DNA from: Acidimicrobiia bacterium
GTDB lineage: Bacteria; Actinomycetota; Acidimicrobiia; Acidimicrobiales; Aldehydirespiratoraceae
NCBI GenBank assembly: GCA_022828135.1
Contig: JAJEJB010000031.1
Span: 29,813 to 93,812 of the forward strand
Length of the DNA: 64,000 nucleotides
Direction of reading: 5' to 3'
Shown here: positions 35,625 to 44,019 of the stretch, piece by piece
Layout of the letters: each line of letters starts with the position of its first letter
Numbering within the stretch: position 1 is the first letter of the stretch
The notes under the pieces: model-generated
Told to the model about the DNA's origin: nothing
The model's database searches: none
What the model saw: the letters and a program-made list of their open reading frames with translations, nothing else
Program-made: the position numbers and the translations under genes

Positions 35625-37280
35625 ATGAGCTTGCAAGTCAGCGACAAGTTTCCTGGGCTTAGAGGAGACATCTTCGGGGGGATGACCGCGGCCGTGGTGG
35701 CCCTGCCGCTGTCGCTGGCCTTCGGAGTCGCTTCAGGGCTCGGAGCTATCGAGGGTCTCTACAGCGCCGTCGTGGTGGGCATGCTGGCCGCACTGCTGGG
35801 CGGATCGAAAACCCAGATCTCAGGACCCACCGCCCCGCTGTCGGTCGCGATGGCGGTCGTGTTCGTCGACTACGCCGACGGGGAACTCAACAAGGCGCTG
35901 GCCATCGTGGCCATGGCCGGAATCATCCAAGTACTGCTCGGTGCCCTGCGGCTCGGCACCTTCGTGGCCTACACGCCCTATGCGGTGGTGTCGGGGTTCA
36001 CCAGCGCCGTCGGCTTGATCATCATCATTGTCCAGGTGCTGCCTTTCTTCGGCACGGAGGTAGCCCTCGGCGGCGCGCTCAAGTCGCTGCGCGAATGGCC
36101 CGACGCCATCACCAACGTCGACGCGGGCGCGCTCACGCTGGGGCTCATCACCCTGGCGGTGTGCATCTTCTGGCCGGGGCGGCTGCAGCGATTCCTGCCG
36201 CCGTCGGTGGCCGCGTTGATTATCGGAACGCTGGTCGGCGTGTTGTGGCTGAGCGACGCACCAACGATCGGTGAAGTGCCCACCGGACTCCCCGACCTGG
36301 TAGTGCCGGAGATCAGTTTCGGCGATCTGGGCAGTGCGCTGCCGGCCGCGGTCACTATCGCCCTGCTCGGCTCCATCAACAGCCTCCTCACCGCCAGGGT
36401 GGCCGACTCGCTGACCCGCCAGAACCACGACCCCAGCCGCGAGCTGATGGGCGCCGGGGTGGCCAACGTGGTGGTGGCGTTCATCGGCGGAGTCCCCGGC
36501 GCCGGGGCCACGTCGTGCACGGTGGCCAACGTGAAGGCCGGCGGCCGCTCCAGGGTCTCCGGAGTGCTGTGCGCCACGATCCTGGCCGCTCTGGTCCTGG
36601 GACTGGGGCGCTACGTCGACGCCATACCCCACGCCGTGCTGGCCGGCATCCTCATCAAGATCGGGTTCAACATAATCGACTGGCGCTACCTGGCCCATAT
36701 CCATCGCGTCCCGAAGGAGAACGTGGTGGTCCTGGCGCTGACTCTCAGTCTGTCCATCGTCTCGGACCTGGTGATCGCCGTGGCAGTAGGCCTGGTGATG
36801 GCCGCGCTGACCGGGGCCCGCCAGGTGGAGCGCCTGGAACTCGACAAGGTGATCTCCACCCCGCTGCTCGACATGACCTTCCTGGCCGACCCCGAAGCAG
36901 AGGACGACGCAGGGTTCGACTTGGACTCCGACGACGACCCGTTCGCGGCCCGGGTCGGCCTTCTGTCGCTGCGGGGCAGCTTCACGGCGGCCTCGTCCAC
37001 CAGGCTCTTCAAGACCATCAACCACGACATGAACGAGCACGAGGTGGTGATCTTCGACTTCACCGACACCGTCCACGTGGACGACAGCGCCGCTCTGGCC
37101 ATCGGCCAGCTGGCCGACACGGCGCGCGACGCCGACACCCAGTGCATCGTCCTGGGCATGTCCGGCATGACCGACACCAGCGTCCACGCGCTGGACGTGC
37201 TGCGGGAGATCCCCGAGGAGAACTTCGTCGAGGATCTCGACGAAGCTCGGATCGTCGCCCGCCGTCTACTCGACGCCTAA
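35625..37280 (+). CDS. SulP-family anion transporter with C-terminal STAS domain
   Basis: 551 aa, ...DIFGGMTAAVVALPLSLAFGVASG...GGSKTQISGPTAPLSV..., and the C-terminal ~110 aa are STAS-like. Confidence 0.9.
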   Translation: MSLQVSDKFPGLRGDIFGGMTAAVVALPLSLAFGVASGLGAIEGLYSAVVVGMLAALLGGSKTQISGPTAPLSVAMAVVFVDYADGELNKALAIVAMAGIIQVLLGALRLGTFVAYTPYAVVSGFTSAVGLIIIIVQVLPFFGTEVALGGALKSLREWPDAITNVDAGALTLGLITLAVCIFWPGRLQRFLPPSVAALIIGTLVGVLWLSDAPTIGEVPTGLPDLVVPEISFGDLGSALPAAVTIALLGSINSLLTARVADSLTRQNHDPSRELMGAGVANVVVAFIGGVPGAGATSCTVANVKAGGRSRVSGVLCATILAALVLGLGRYVDAIPHAVLAGILIKIGFNIIDWRYLAHIHRVPKENVVVLALTLSLSIVSDLVIAVAVGLVMAALTGARQVERLELDKVISTPLLDMTFLADPEAEDDAGFDLDSDDDPFAARVGLLSLRGSFTAASSTRLFKTINHDMNEHEVVIFDFTDTVHVDDSAALAIGQLADTARDADTQCIVLGMSGMTDTSVHALDVLREIPEENFVEDLDEARIVARRLLDA

Positions 37281-37293
37281 CCTTCCCGACAGG

Positions 37294-38223
37294 TCAGGTG
37301 AGGATCCCGGCCCGCTCTCTCGGGTGCAAGGGATGGTCGAACGGCCGCACACCGAAGCGGCGGGCCAGCTCGAAATAGCCGCGGTAGAGGCCCGCCCCGG
37401 CGGCAGCCTCGTCGTAGCCGCCGGTGGCTTCGGCGTGAGCCGACAACCGGTACCAGGCCACCCCCGGGTCGGCGTGGTGGACATGGTGGAGGTTGTTGTA
37501 GAGATACAGCATGCTGAAGAAGCGTCCCGACCGGATCACCGCTGAGCGGGTGGCGCCCTCCACCCAGCGGTGCTCGCAATAGGACCTCATCAGGGTCAGG
37601 GAGTTCCCCAGATACGTGGCCCCGAGCACGTACTGCCACCAGGGGACCCCCATGACCACCACCACGAAGACGACCAGTGCGGCCGCGGCAGCCACATGCG
37701 CCGACCACCAGCGGGCCAGCTCCCGGTCGCCCCGGTAGATCTCGCGGGCCTCATGTACCAGCACCCCCGCGATGTATCGGGGCGGTCCCAGCACCAGGCG
37801 GCCGAGCAGGGTGTGGTGGGCCAGCAGGAAGGCCCGGCCCAGGCGGCCCTTGGACTCCCACTGCTCGGCGCTCACATAGAAGCTCTCGCTGTCATCGATC
37901 GGGTCGGTCAGTTCGGGGCAGTCGTGATGGGCCCAGTGGGAGCGCCGGTACACCAGGTAGGGCAGGTGCAGCGACATGGGCAGCGAGCCCAGCAGAGCAT
38001 TCAGCCGCTGGCTTCTGAACGGGTGGCCGTGGATGGTCTCATGCTGGAGCGAGCCGTGCCATGCCGCGATCAGACCCAGTGCGAGGACCGTCAAGAGCCA
38101 GGGAGTAACGCCGTGGAGGGCCAGCACGGCCAGCCACAGGCCGTGCACCGCGACTGCAACCGCGACCGTGCGCCACTCCACGGTCGGCCCAGAGGCCGAG
38201 CGAACAGGCGCCTCGGCAGCCAT
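37294..38223 (-). CDS. Membrane fatty-acid desaturase family protein
   Basis: Three His boxes are present: HETIH, HWAHH and HHVHH. Confidence 0.85.
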   Translation of the reverse strand: MAAEAPVRSASGPTVEWRTVAVAVAVHGLWLAVLALHGVTPWLLTVLALGLIAAWHGSLQHETIHGHPFRSQRLNALLGSLPMSLHLPYLVYRRSHWAHHDCPELTDPIDDSESFYVSAEQWESKGRLGRAFLLAHHTLLGRLVLGPPRYIAGVLVHEAREIYRGDRELARWWSAHVAAAAALVVFVVVVMGVPWWQYVLGATYLGNSLTLMRSYCEHRWVEGATRSAVIRSGRFFSMLYLYNNLHHVHHADPGVAWYRLSAHAEATGGYDEAAAGAGLYRGYFELARRFGVRPFDHPLHPRERAGILT

Positions 38224-38353
38224 CGCACCTCCAATGTCGCGACAGATTCGGAACGATCCCCCAGTCCCGTTCCATCAACGTAGGAGATCCGACCCTCAAT
38301 CCGGGCGATGACTTGCACACAATCCGTAGCATTCTCGCACAAAGCACAAGATC

Positions 38354-38390
38354 TGTAGCGCTAACACAACAAATGTTGTAGTATTGCTAC
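38354..38390. promoter_or_regulatory. Operator-like palindromes in the AT-rich desaturase/XRE divergent region
   Basis: ACAACA-aa-TGTTGT lies at 38366-38379, flanked by GTAGC (38354-38358) and GCTAC (38386-38390). It ends just 4 nt before the regulator ATG. Confidence 0.3.
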
Positions 38391-38393
38391 ACC

Positions 38394-39245
38394 ATGGCAA
38401 GCCAGACGGAGCTGGTCAACCGCTTCCGGGAGCGGCTCGGCGAGTTGGTCGCCGACACCAGACAGTCGCGATCGGACTTTGCTGCCGACGCCGGGATCGA
38501 CCGGTCCACGCTCTCGCAGCTCCTGTCCAGCCGCAACCATCGCCTTCCCCGGGTGGAGACCCTGGCCGCAATCGCGGAGTCATCGGCCGTCTCGGTGGAC
38601 TGGCTGCTCGGCCTGTCCCACGGCGGCCCGGCCCGTGCCGACATCGTCCACGAGGAATTCGCGCTGAACCTCGACGAGCTGAGTCCGCTCGACGAGGCCT
38701 GGATCGAATGGCACGAACAGTCGGCCGGCTCGAAGGTCCGCACCCTGCCCGCCTCGCTGCCCGACCTGCTCAAGACGGAGGCCGTGATCCGCCATGAGGT
38801 CCAGCGCTACACCACGGTCAGGCCCGAGCAGCGGATCGAGACGGCCACCGCGCCGCTCGAGCTCGCCCGGGCGTCGGGAAGCGATCTGGAATGCTGCAAC
38901 TCCATCCAGGCCATCGAGGGTCTCGCCCGGGGGTGGGACGTCTGGGGATCGCTCGAGCACCGGCACCGGGTGGCACAGCTCGACCAAATGATCGAGCTGT
39001 GCGAGGAGCTGTACCCGACATTCCGGTGGTTCCTCTACGACGGCCGTCAGCGGTACTCCGCCGCGGTCACCGTCTTCGGCCTGGACCGGGCCGTGCTGTA
39101 CCTGGGACAGATGTATCTCGTGCTCAACAACCGCAACCATGTCATGACGTTCGTCAAGCACTTCGACGACCTGATCCGGGTGTCGGTGGTGCAGCCGCCG
39201 GGGGTCCCCAACCTCCTGCGAAAGCTCCGGTCCGAGATCACCTGA
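38394..39245 (+). CDS. XRE-family HTH regulator with DUF5753-like C-terminal domain (Scr1/WhiJ-like architecture)
   Basis: N-terminal FAADAGIDRSTLSQLLSSRNHRLPRVETLAAIAESSAVSVDWLLG (HTH_XRE) with a C-terminal domain containing LPASLPDLLKTEAVIRHEV, similar to the PGLLQTxxYA block. Confidence 0.7.
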   Translation: MASQTELVNRFRERLGELVADTRQSRSDFAADAGIDRSTLSQLLSSRNHRLPRVETLAAIAESSAVSVDWLLGLSHGGPARADIVHEEFALNLDELSPLDEAWIEWHEQSAGSKVRTLPASLPDLLKTEAVIRHEVQRYTTVRPEQRIETATAPLELARASGSDLECCNSIQAIEGLARGWDVWGSLEHRHRVAQLDQMIELCEELYPTFRWFLYDGRQRYSAAVTVFGLDRAVLYLGQMYLVLNNRNHVMTFVKHFDDLIRVSVVQPPGVPNLLRKLRSEIT

Positions 39246-39258
39246 CCAGAGGCCGAGC
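39246..39258 (+). repeat. Possible degenerate/solo left end of the dispersed repeat
   Basis: TGA-CCAGAGGCCGAGC-GGCCGCG directly follows the regulator stop. The same 13-mer is the left flank of copies B, C and E. It is too short to be sure. Confidence 0.3.
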
Positions 39259-39283
39259 GGCCGCGCCGGTAGGATTCGCAGTC

Positions 39284-40132
39284 GTGACCGCCGCCGACCG
39301 CACCGTGTCGTTCGAGCCGGAGCGGTTCGAGACGATCCGGGTCGACATCTCCGATCACGTCTGCCGCGTCACCCTCGACCGGCCCGAAGTGCTGAACGCC
39401 TTCAACGATCGGATGCGCCAGGAGATCCGGTCCACCTGGCGGGCGCTGCGCACGATGGACGAGGCGAGGGTCGTGGTGGTGACCGCCACCGGCGACAAGG
39501 CCTTCTGCGTGGGCGTCGACCGCTCCGACCCTCTGGTGGCCCTCGAGGGCACGGGCGACAAGCTCTACGGCACCTCCAACAACTACATGTACGACGACCC
39601 CGGCGACGACATAGGACCCAAGGCGTGCGACCTGTGGAAGCCGGTGATCGCCGCGGTCAACGGCATCTGCTGCGCCGGTGCCTTCTACCTGGTGGCCGAA
39701 TCCGACATCATCATCGCCGCGGAGAGCGCCACCTTCTTCGACCCCCACGTGACCTACGGGATGGCCGCGGTGTACGAGCCGATGAAGCTGGTGCCGCGGA
39801 TGCCGCTGGGCGAGGTCCTGCGGCTCGCTCTGGTCGGAAACCACGAGCGCATGACGGCACAGACCGCGCAACGGGTCGGGTTGGTATCGGATGTGGTGCC
39901 CCTCGCCGAGCTGCAGGACGCCGCCGGCCGGCTGGCGAAGATCATCGCCTCGCAGCCGCCCGACGCCGTGCAGGGCACCCTCCGGGCCATCTGGGCCGCC
40001 AGCGACATGGGCCGCCTCGATGCGCTGGCGATGGCCCCGTCGATCCTCACCACCGGAACCAGCGTCGACGCGCTGGCCGAGGGACAAGCCACCTTCTCGG
40101 AGGGCAAGCGAATCGAACCCCGCCTGCGCTAA
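39284..40132 (+). CDS. Enoyl-CoA hydratase/isomerase family protein
   Basis: The GTG at 39284 starts ...VCRVTLDRPEVLNAFN...GDKAFCVGVD...AAVNGICCAGA... Confidence 0.85.
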   Translation: MTAADRTVSFEPERFETIRVDISDHVCRVTLDRPEVLNAFNDRMRQEIRSTWRALRTMDEARVVVVTATGDKAFCVGVDRSDPLVALEGTGDKLYGTSNNYMYDDPGDDIGPKACDLWKPVIAAVNGICCAGAFYLVAESDIIIAAESATFFDPHVTYGMAAVYEPMKLVPRMPLGEVLRLALVGNHERMTAQTAQRVGLVSDVVPLAELQDAAGRLAKIIASQPPDAVQGTLRAIWAASDMGRLDALAMAPSILTTGTSVDALAEGQATFSEGKRIEPRLR

Positions 40133-40208
40133 CCCGACTAGGTTCCGGCCGGGGTGCCACTGCTAGGTTGAGCCTGCCAGTTGATGCTGCCGGCCTGCGG
40201 AGCGCGCC

Positions 40209-40706
40209 ATGACCGAGCCCTACCCGAACACACTCATCTTCGTCGACCTGCCCACCGACGAGCCCGACCGGGCCGAGCAGTTCTACCACGAGGTATTCGG
40301 CTGGAAGATCAACCCGCGCCCGGCCGGGTCGTTCTACCAGGTGGTGCCCGGGCAGAACTTCAAGCTCCCCGACGGCACCCAGGGTCCCACCGGCAACCTT
40401 CACCTGGGCATCACCAACGCCACCAACCGGCGTCCCCACCCCACCGACGAGGGCCTCGAGCCCCGGCACCTCTGCCGCGACGGGCACTCCATACGCCTCT
40501 GGATCCTCGTGTCGCCCGACGACGACATGGACGCCATCTCCGACCGGGCCGTGGCCCGCGGCGCCACCGACCTGTGGCGTCACCACTACTTCGGCGAATT
40601 CAACGGCTACAACAATGCCTTCACGGATCCCTGGGGCAACACCCTGGTGCTGTGGACCTACGGCGGCGACGAGCCCGACATCCCCGACGGATGGACCCAG
40701 GAGTAA
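40209..40706 (+). CDS. VOC (glyoxalase/bleomycin-resistance fold) protein, type a
   Basis: MTEPYPNTLIFVDLPTDEPDRAEQFYHEVFGWK...FTDPWGNTLVLW. It is a paralog of the gene at 58506-58898. Confidence 0.7.
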   Translation: MTEPYPNTLIFVDLPTDEPDRAEQFYHEVFGWKINPRPAGSFYQVVPGQNFKLPDGTQGPTGNLHLGITNATNRRPHPTDEGLEPRHLCRDGHSIRLWILVSPDDDMDAISDRAVARGATDLWRHHYFGEFNGYNNAFTDPWGNTLVLWTYGGDEPDIPDGWTQE

Positions 40707-40712
40707 CCGGAC

Positions 40713-41183
40713 ATGGCCGACACATACACAGTCCATCCGCCCCACGCCCGCTGGACCCATGTGGCGCTGCGGGTCACCGACATCGACGCCAGCATCGACT
40801 GGTACACCACTCACACGCCGCTCAAGCTGCTGGACAAGCGGGAGGACTCCGACGGCTACGGCGCCTGGCTGGGACACGACGACTCCCCCGACAAGCCATT
40901 CATCCTGGTGCTGGCCCAATTCTTCCCCGAGTCCGACCCGTTCAAGGACGCGCCCATCGCCACGCTGGCGCCCTTCGCCCACCTGGGCGTGGAGGTGACC
41001 AGCCGGGAAGAGCTCGACGCCGCCGCTGAGCAAGCCAGGGCCGAGGGCTGCCTGGCCATGCCTCCCACCGATATGCCCGCACCCATCGGGTACATCTGCA
41101 TGATCAGCGATCCCGACGGCAACATGATCGAGCTCAGCTACGACCAGGGCGTCTACGCGCACGCCCAGAAGGTGATGCGCTGA
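40713..41183 (+). CDS. VOC (glyoxalase-fold) protein, type b
   Basis: ...WTHVALRVTDIDASIDWY...FAHLGVEV...IGYICMISDPDGNMIELS. It is a paralog of the gene at 57998-58489. Confidence 0.75.
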   Translation: MADTYTVHPPHARWTHVALRVTDIDASIDWYTTHTPLKLLDKREDSDGYGAWLGHDDSPDKPFILVLAQFFPESDPFKDAPIATLAPFAHLGVEVTSREELDAAAEQARAEGCLAMPPTDMPAPIGYICMISDPDGNMIELSYDQGVYAHAQKVMR

Positions 41184-41275
41184 GCGCCTCCGACGCGGGG
41201 AGCGACGCGGCCGAAGCGACACGATCCGTCGCAGCGTCCTACCTGGCCTCGTTCGCCACGGGCGACCCTGAGGCG

Positions 41276-41590
41276 GTGGCCGCGCACGTCGGCGACAACT
41301 TCGTCAATCAGCACACCAGCGCACTGGGATCGCCCAGCCAGGGCAAGACGGCGTACCTGGAGCGTCTGGGCGAATTCCTGACCACGTTCTCGGGTCTGAC
41401 ATACGAGACCGCCGACATTGTGGTCGAGGGCGACCGGGCGGCTGCGGCCTACGTGATGCGGGCCGAAGTGGACGGAACCCCGATCGAGATCCAAGGCGTG
41501 ATGCGGCTGACGATCCGGAACGGGCTGATCGAGCGCCGGGTCGACTACTTCGACAGCCTGACCTTCCTGCGCCAGACCGGCCAGGCCTAG
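41276..41590 (+). CDS. SnoaL-like (ester-cyclase-like) protein; true start probably upstream, possibly CTG at 41180
   Basis: Domain similarity (ASYLASFATGDPEAVAAHVGDNF...) begins upstream of the first ATG/GTG/TTG (41276). The frame is open back to 41180, where CTG overlaps the upstream TGA. Confidence 0.7.
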   Translation: MAAHVGDNFVNQHTSALGSPSQGKTAYLERLGEFLTTFSGLTYETADIVVEGDRAAAAYVMRAEVDGTPIEIQGVMRLTIRNGLIERRVDYFDSLTFLRQTGQA

Positions 41591-41632
41591 CCAGGCAATC
41601 CATTCAAGCCATCCACTCGTAAGCTGCCGACG

Positions 41633-43195
41633 GTGCTCCCCCGGCTGAGGTCGATCATCCTGGTTGCCGCGTTGCTTGCAGCCGCCTGCGGCGGCACGGC
41701 GAGCAACGAGTCTGCAGACGCCGGCCCGGCGACCTCGCTCGCGGCCGCCACAACCGCCCCGACCACAACCGGGGCGGTCACAACCACATCCACCACCACA
41801 ACCACGACCGGGCCGGCCACCTCCACCACGACCACGTCAACAACCACAACCGCCCCGACCACCACCACGTCCACCACCACGACGGTGCCGCCAACCGAGG
41901 CCGAGGGGCTGGGCGACAGCTTCTACCCGTTCCTGGGCAACGGCGGATACGACGCCGTCCACTACGAGATCGACCTCGACGTCGATCCGGCGGCCAACAC
42001 CATCTCGGCGCTGACGTCGATCACCGCTCAGGCCACCAAGGACCTCGAGGCATTCAACCTGGACCTGTCCGGGCTTGAAGTCCATTCGGTGACCGTCGAC
42101 GGTGCCCACGCCGAGTTCTGGAGATCGGGCCACGAACTGACCGTCCAGCCTGCGAGCCCGCTCGCGGCGGGTTCGCAGTTCGAGACGGAGGTCGCCTACT
42201 CCGGCTCGCCCGAGCCGCTCGACGACCCCGGAGTGCCTTTCGCCAAGATGGGCTGGATCCACCGGGACGGCGTGGTCTACACCGCCAGCGAGCCATCGGG
42301 AGCAATGACATGGTTCCCGGCCAACAACCATCCGACCGACAAGGCCACCTTCGAGATCCAGGTGACCGTGCCCGAGGGCCTCGTCGCGGCCGCCACCGGC
42401 CTCCTCATCTCCGAGACGACCGAGAGTGGCGAGACCACTTCTGTGTGGCGGATGGACGACCCCATGGCCACCTACCTGGCGGCCGTCTACATCGGTGACT
42501 TCGAGCGCATCGACCACGGACCGCTCTACGACGGCGGCCCGATCACTCGCGACTACTTGCCCCGCGACGCCCCGGCCGAGATGGCGCAAGCGCTGTCGGT
42601 CACGCCGGACGTGATCGCCTTCCTGGAGGAGCGCCTCGGTCCCTACCCGTTCGACGCCTACGGCACCATCGTGATGCCGTTCCCGCTCGGCTTCGCGCTC
42701 GAGAACCAGACGCTCTCCATTCACGGACCGGCCACCATCGGGCCCGGCATCATCGCCCACGAGGCCGCCCACCAGTGGCTGGGCAACTCGGTCTCGCCCG
42801 ACGACTGGAGCGAGATCTGGATGAACGAGGGCTTCGCCACCTACCTGCATCTCATGTTCGAAGCAGAGCACTTCGGAGCGGACTTCAACGACGCGATGAC
42901 CCAGGTTCACGCGTGGCTGTCCGCGGAGGGCATCGGACCGCCGAGGGGCATCGAGATCCAGGACCTGTTCGGCGCATCGGTCTACTACCGGGGCGCGGCG
43001 ACTCTGCACGCCCTGCGCCTCCGCATCGGCGACGACACCTTCTACGAGATCCTGAGGACCCACTACGACCGGTCGGCCGGCGGCACCACCAATACCGATG
43101 AGTTCCTCGGGATAGTCGAGGAGTTCACCGGCTCCGACGCCGTCGCCCTGGTCGAGTCCTGGCTGTACGACGAGACAGTCCCGGCCTTTCCGTGA
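41633..43195 (+). CDS. M1-family zinc aminopeptidase, predicted lipoprotein with Thr-rich linker
   Basis: Signal plus lipobox (LLAAAC, Cys19), a Thr/Pro/Ser-rich linker at residues ~39-85, then GAMTWFP and HEAAHQW...WMNEGFATY (HExxH-18-E). Confidence 0.85.
   Translation: MLPRLRSIILVAALLAAACGGTASNESADAGPATSLAAATTAPTTTGAVTTTSTTTTTTGPATSTTTTSTTTTAPTTTTSTTTTVPPTEAEGLGDSFYPFLGNGGYDAVHYEIDLDVDPAANTISALTSITAQATKDLEAFNLDLSGLEVHSVTVDGAHAEFWRSGHELTVQPASPLAAGSQFETEVAYSGSPEPLDDPGVPFAKMGWIHRDGVVYTASEPSGAMTWFPANNHPTDKATFEIQVTVPEGLVAAATGLLISETTESGETTSVWRMDDPMATYLAAVYIGDFERIDHGPLYDGGPITRDYLPRDAPAEMAQALSVTPDVIAFLEERLGPYPFDAYGTIVMPFPLGFALENQTLSIHGPATIGPGIIAHEAAHQWLGNSVSPDDWSEIWMNEGFATYLHLMFEAEHFGADFNDAMTQVHAWLSAEGIGPPRGIEIQDLFGASVYYRGAATLHALRLRIGDDTFYEILRTHYDRSAGGTTNTDEFLGIVEEFTGSDAVALVESWLYDETVPAFP
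41747..41887 (+). repeat. Low-complexity Thr-codon (ACC/ACG/ACA) tract encoding the aminopeptidase linker
   Basis: It encodes TTAPTTTGAVTTTSTTTTTTGPATSTTTTSTTTTAPTTTTSTTTT. Confidence 0.8.
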
Positions 43196-44019
43196 CCGGC
43201 ACGGAGCGCTACACCCACGGCTATCACGAGGTCATCCTCGAGTTCTACCGGCGACGAACGGCCGAGGTGTGCGCTGCCTTCCTGCTGCCGCGACTGGAGC
43301 CCGACGCCGCGGTGCTGGACATGGGGTGTGGCCCCGGCACGATCACCGTCGGGCTGGCCCGCCGCGCCCGATCGGTGGTCGGCGTGGACACCTCAGCCGA
43401 AATGGTCGAGGCAGCCCGCCGCCGGGCCCGCGAGGAGGACGTCGACAACGCCAGCTTCGAGTTGGGCTCCGCCTACGACCTCCCGTTCGAAGACGACAGC
43501 TACGACGTGGTCTACGCCCACCAGCTGCTGCAGCACCTGTCCGACCCGGTCCGGGCGCTGCGGGAGGCCCGGCGGGTGCTGCGCCCCGGCGGGCTGGTTG
43601 CAGTGCGCGACTCCGACTACCAGACGATGGTCCACGCGCCGGTCGAATCAGCCCTGAAGCACTGGCTGCGCCTGTACCACGAGGTGGCCGGGGCCAACGG
43701 CGCCGAGCCCGACGCCGGGCGCTTCCTGCCCGGGTGGGTGCGGGCCGCCGGCTTCGTGGACCCGGTGGTCACAACCAGCACCACCACCTACGCCGACGCG
43801 GCCGGACGCGAACTCTGGGGAGGCATGTGGGCCGGCCGGGTGACCGACAGCGACTTCGCCGACCACGCCGTGGAGGGCGGATTCGCCATGCGAGGCGACC
43901 TGGTGGCGATCTCGGCCGCCTTCCGCCGCTGGGCCGACAACCCAAGCGGCTTCTGGGCCTGGCTCAACGGCGAGGTGGTCGCCGTCAAGCCGGGGCTATC
44001 GGCAGTCGTCGATCACTGA
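43192..44019 (+). CDS. Class I SAM-dependent methyltransferase
   Basis: VLDMGCGPGTITVGLA (motif I) and ...LRPGGLVAVRD... The GTG overlaps the aminopeptidase stop (GTGA). Confidence 0.85.
   Translation: MTGTERYTHGYHEVILEFYRRRTAEVCAAFLLPRLEPDAAVLDMGCGPGTITVGLARRARSVVGVDTSAEMVEAARRRAREEDVDNASFELGSAYDLPFEDDSYDVVYAHQLLQHLSDPVRALREARRVLRPGGLVAVRDSDYQTMVHAPVESALKHWLRLYHEVAGANGAEPDAGRFLPGWVRAAGFVDPVVTTSTTTYADAAGRELWGGMWAGRVTDSDFADHAVEGGFAMRGDLVAISAAFRRWADNPSGFWAWLNGEVVAVKPGLSAVVDH

Noticed and set aside
38394-40132. The XRE-family regulator plus its downstream gene as a toxin-antitoxin or defence pair.
   Set aside because: The downstream gene is an ordinary full-length enoyl-CoA hydratase. The regulator is 283 aa with a large C-terminal domain, and no small toxin-like ORF is adjacent.
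40138-40169. A 7-bp direct repeat CTAGGTT (40138-40144 and 40163-40169) upstream of the VOC pair.
   Set aside because: It is too short to distinguish from chance and has no accompanying -10/-35 or palindromic structure.
41747-41887. A repetitive ACC/ACG/ACA-rich tract that superficially resembles a short tandem repeat or array.
   Set aside because: It is in frame within the M1 aminopeptidase ORF and encodes a poly-Thr linker. There is no regular repeat-spacer periodicity, so it is not CRISPR-like.
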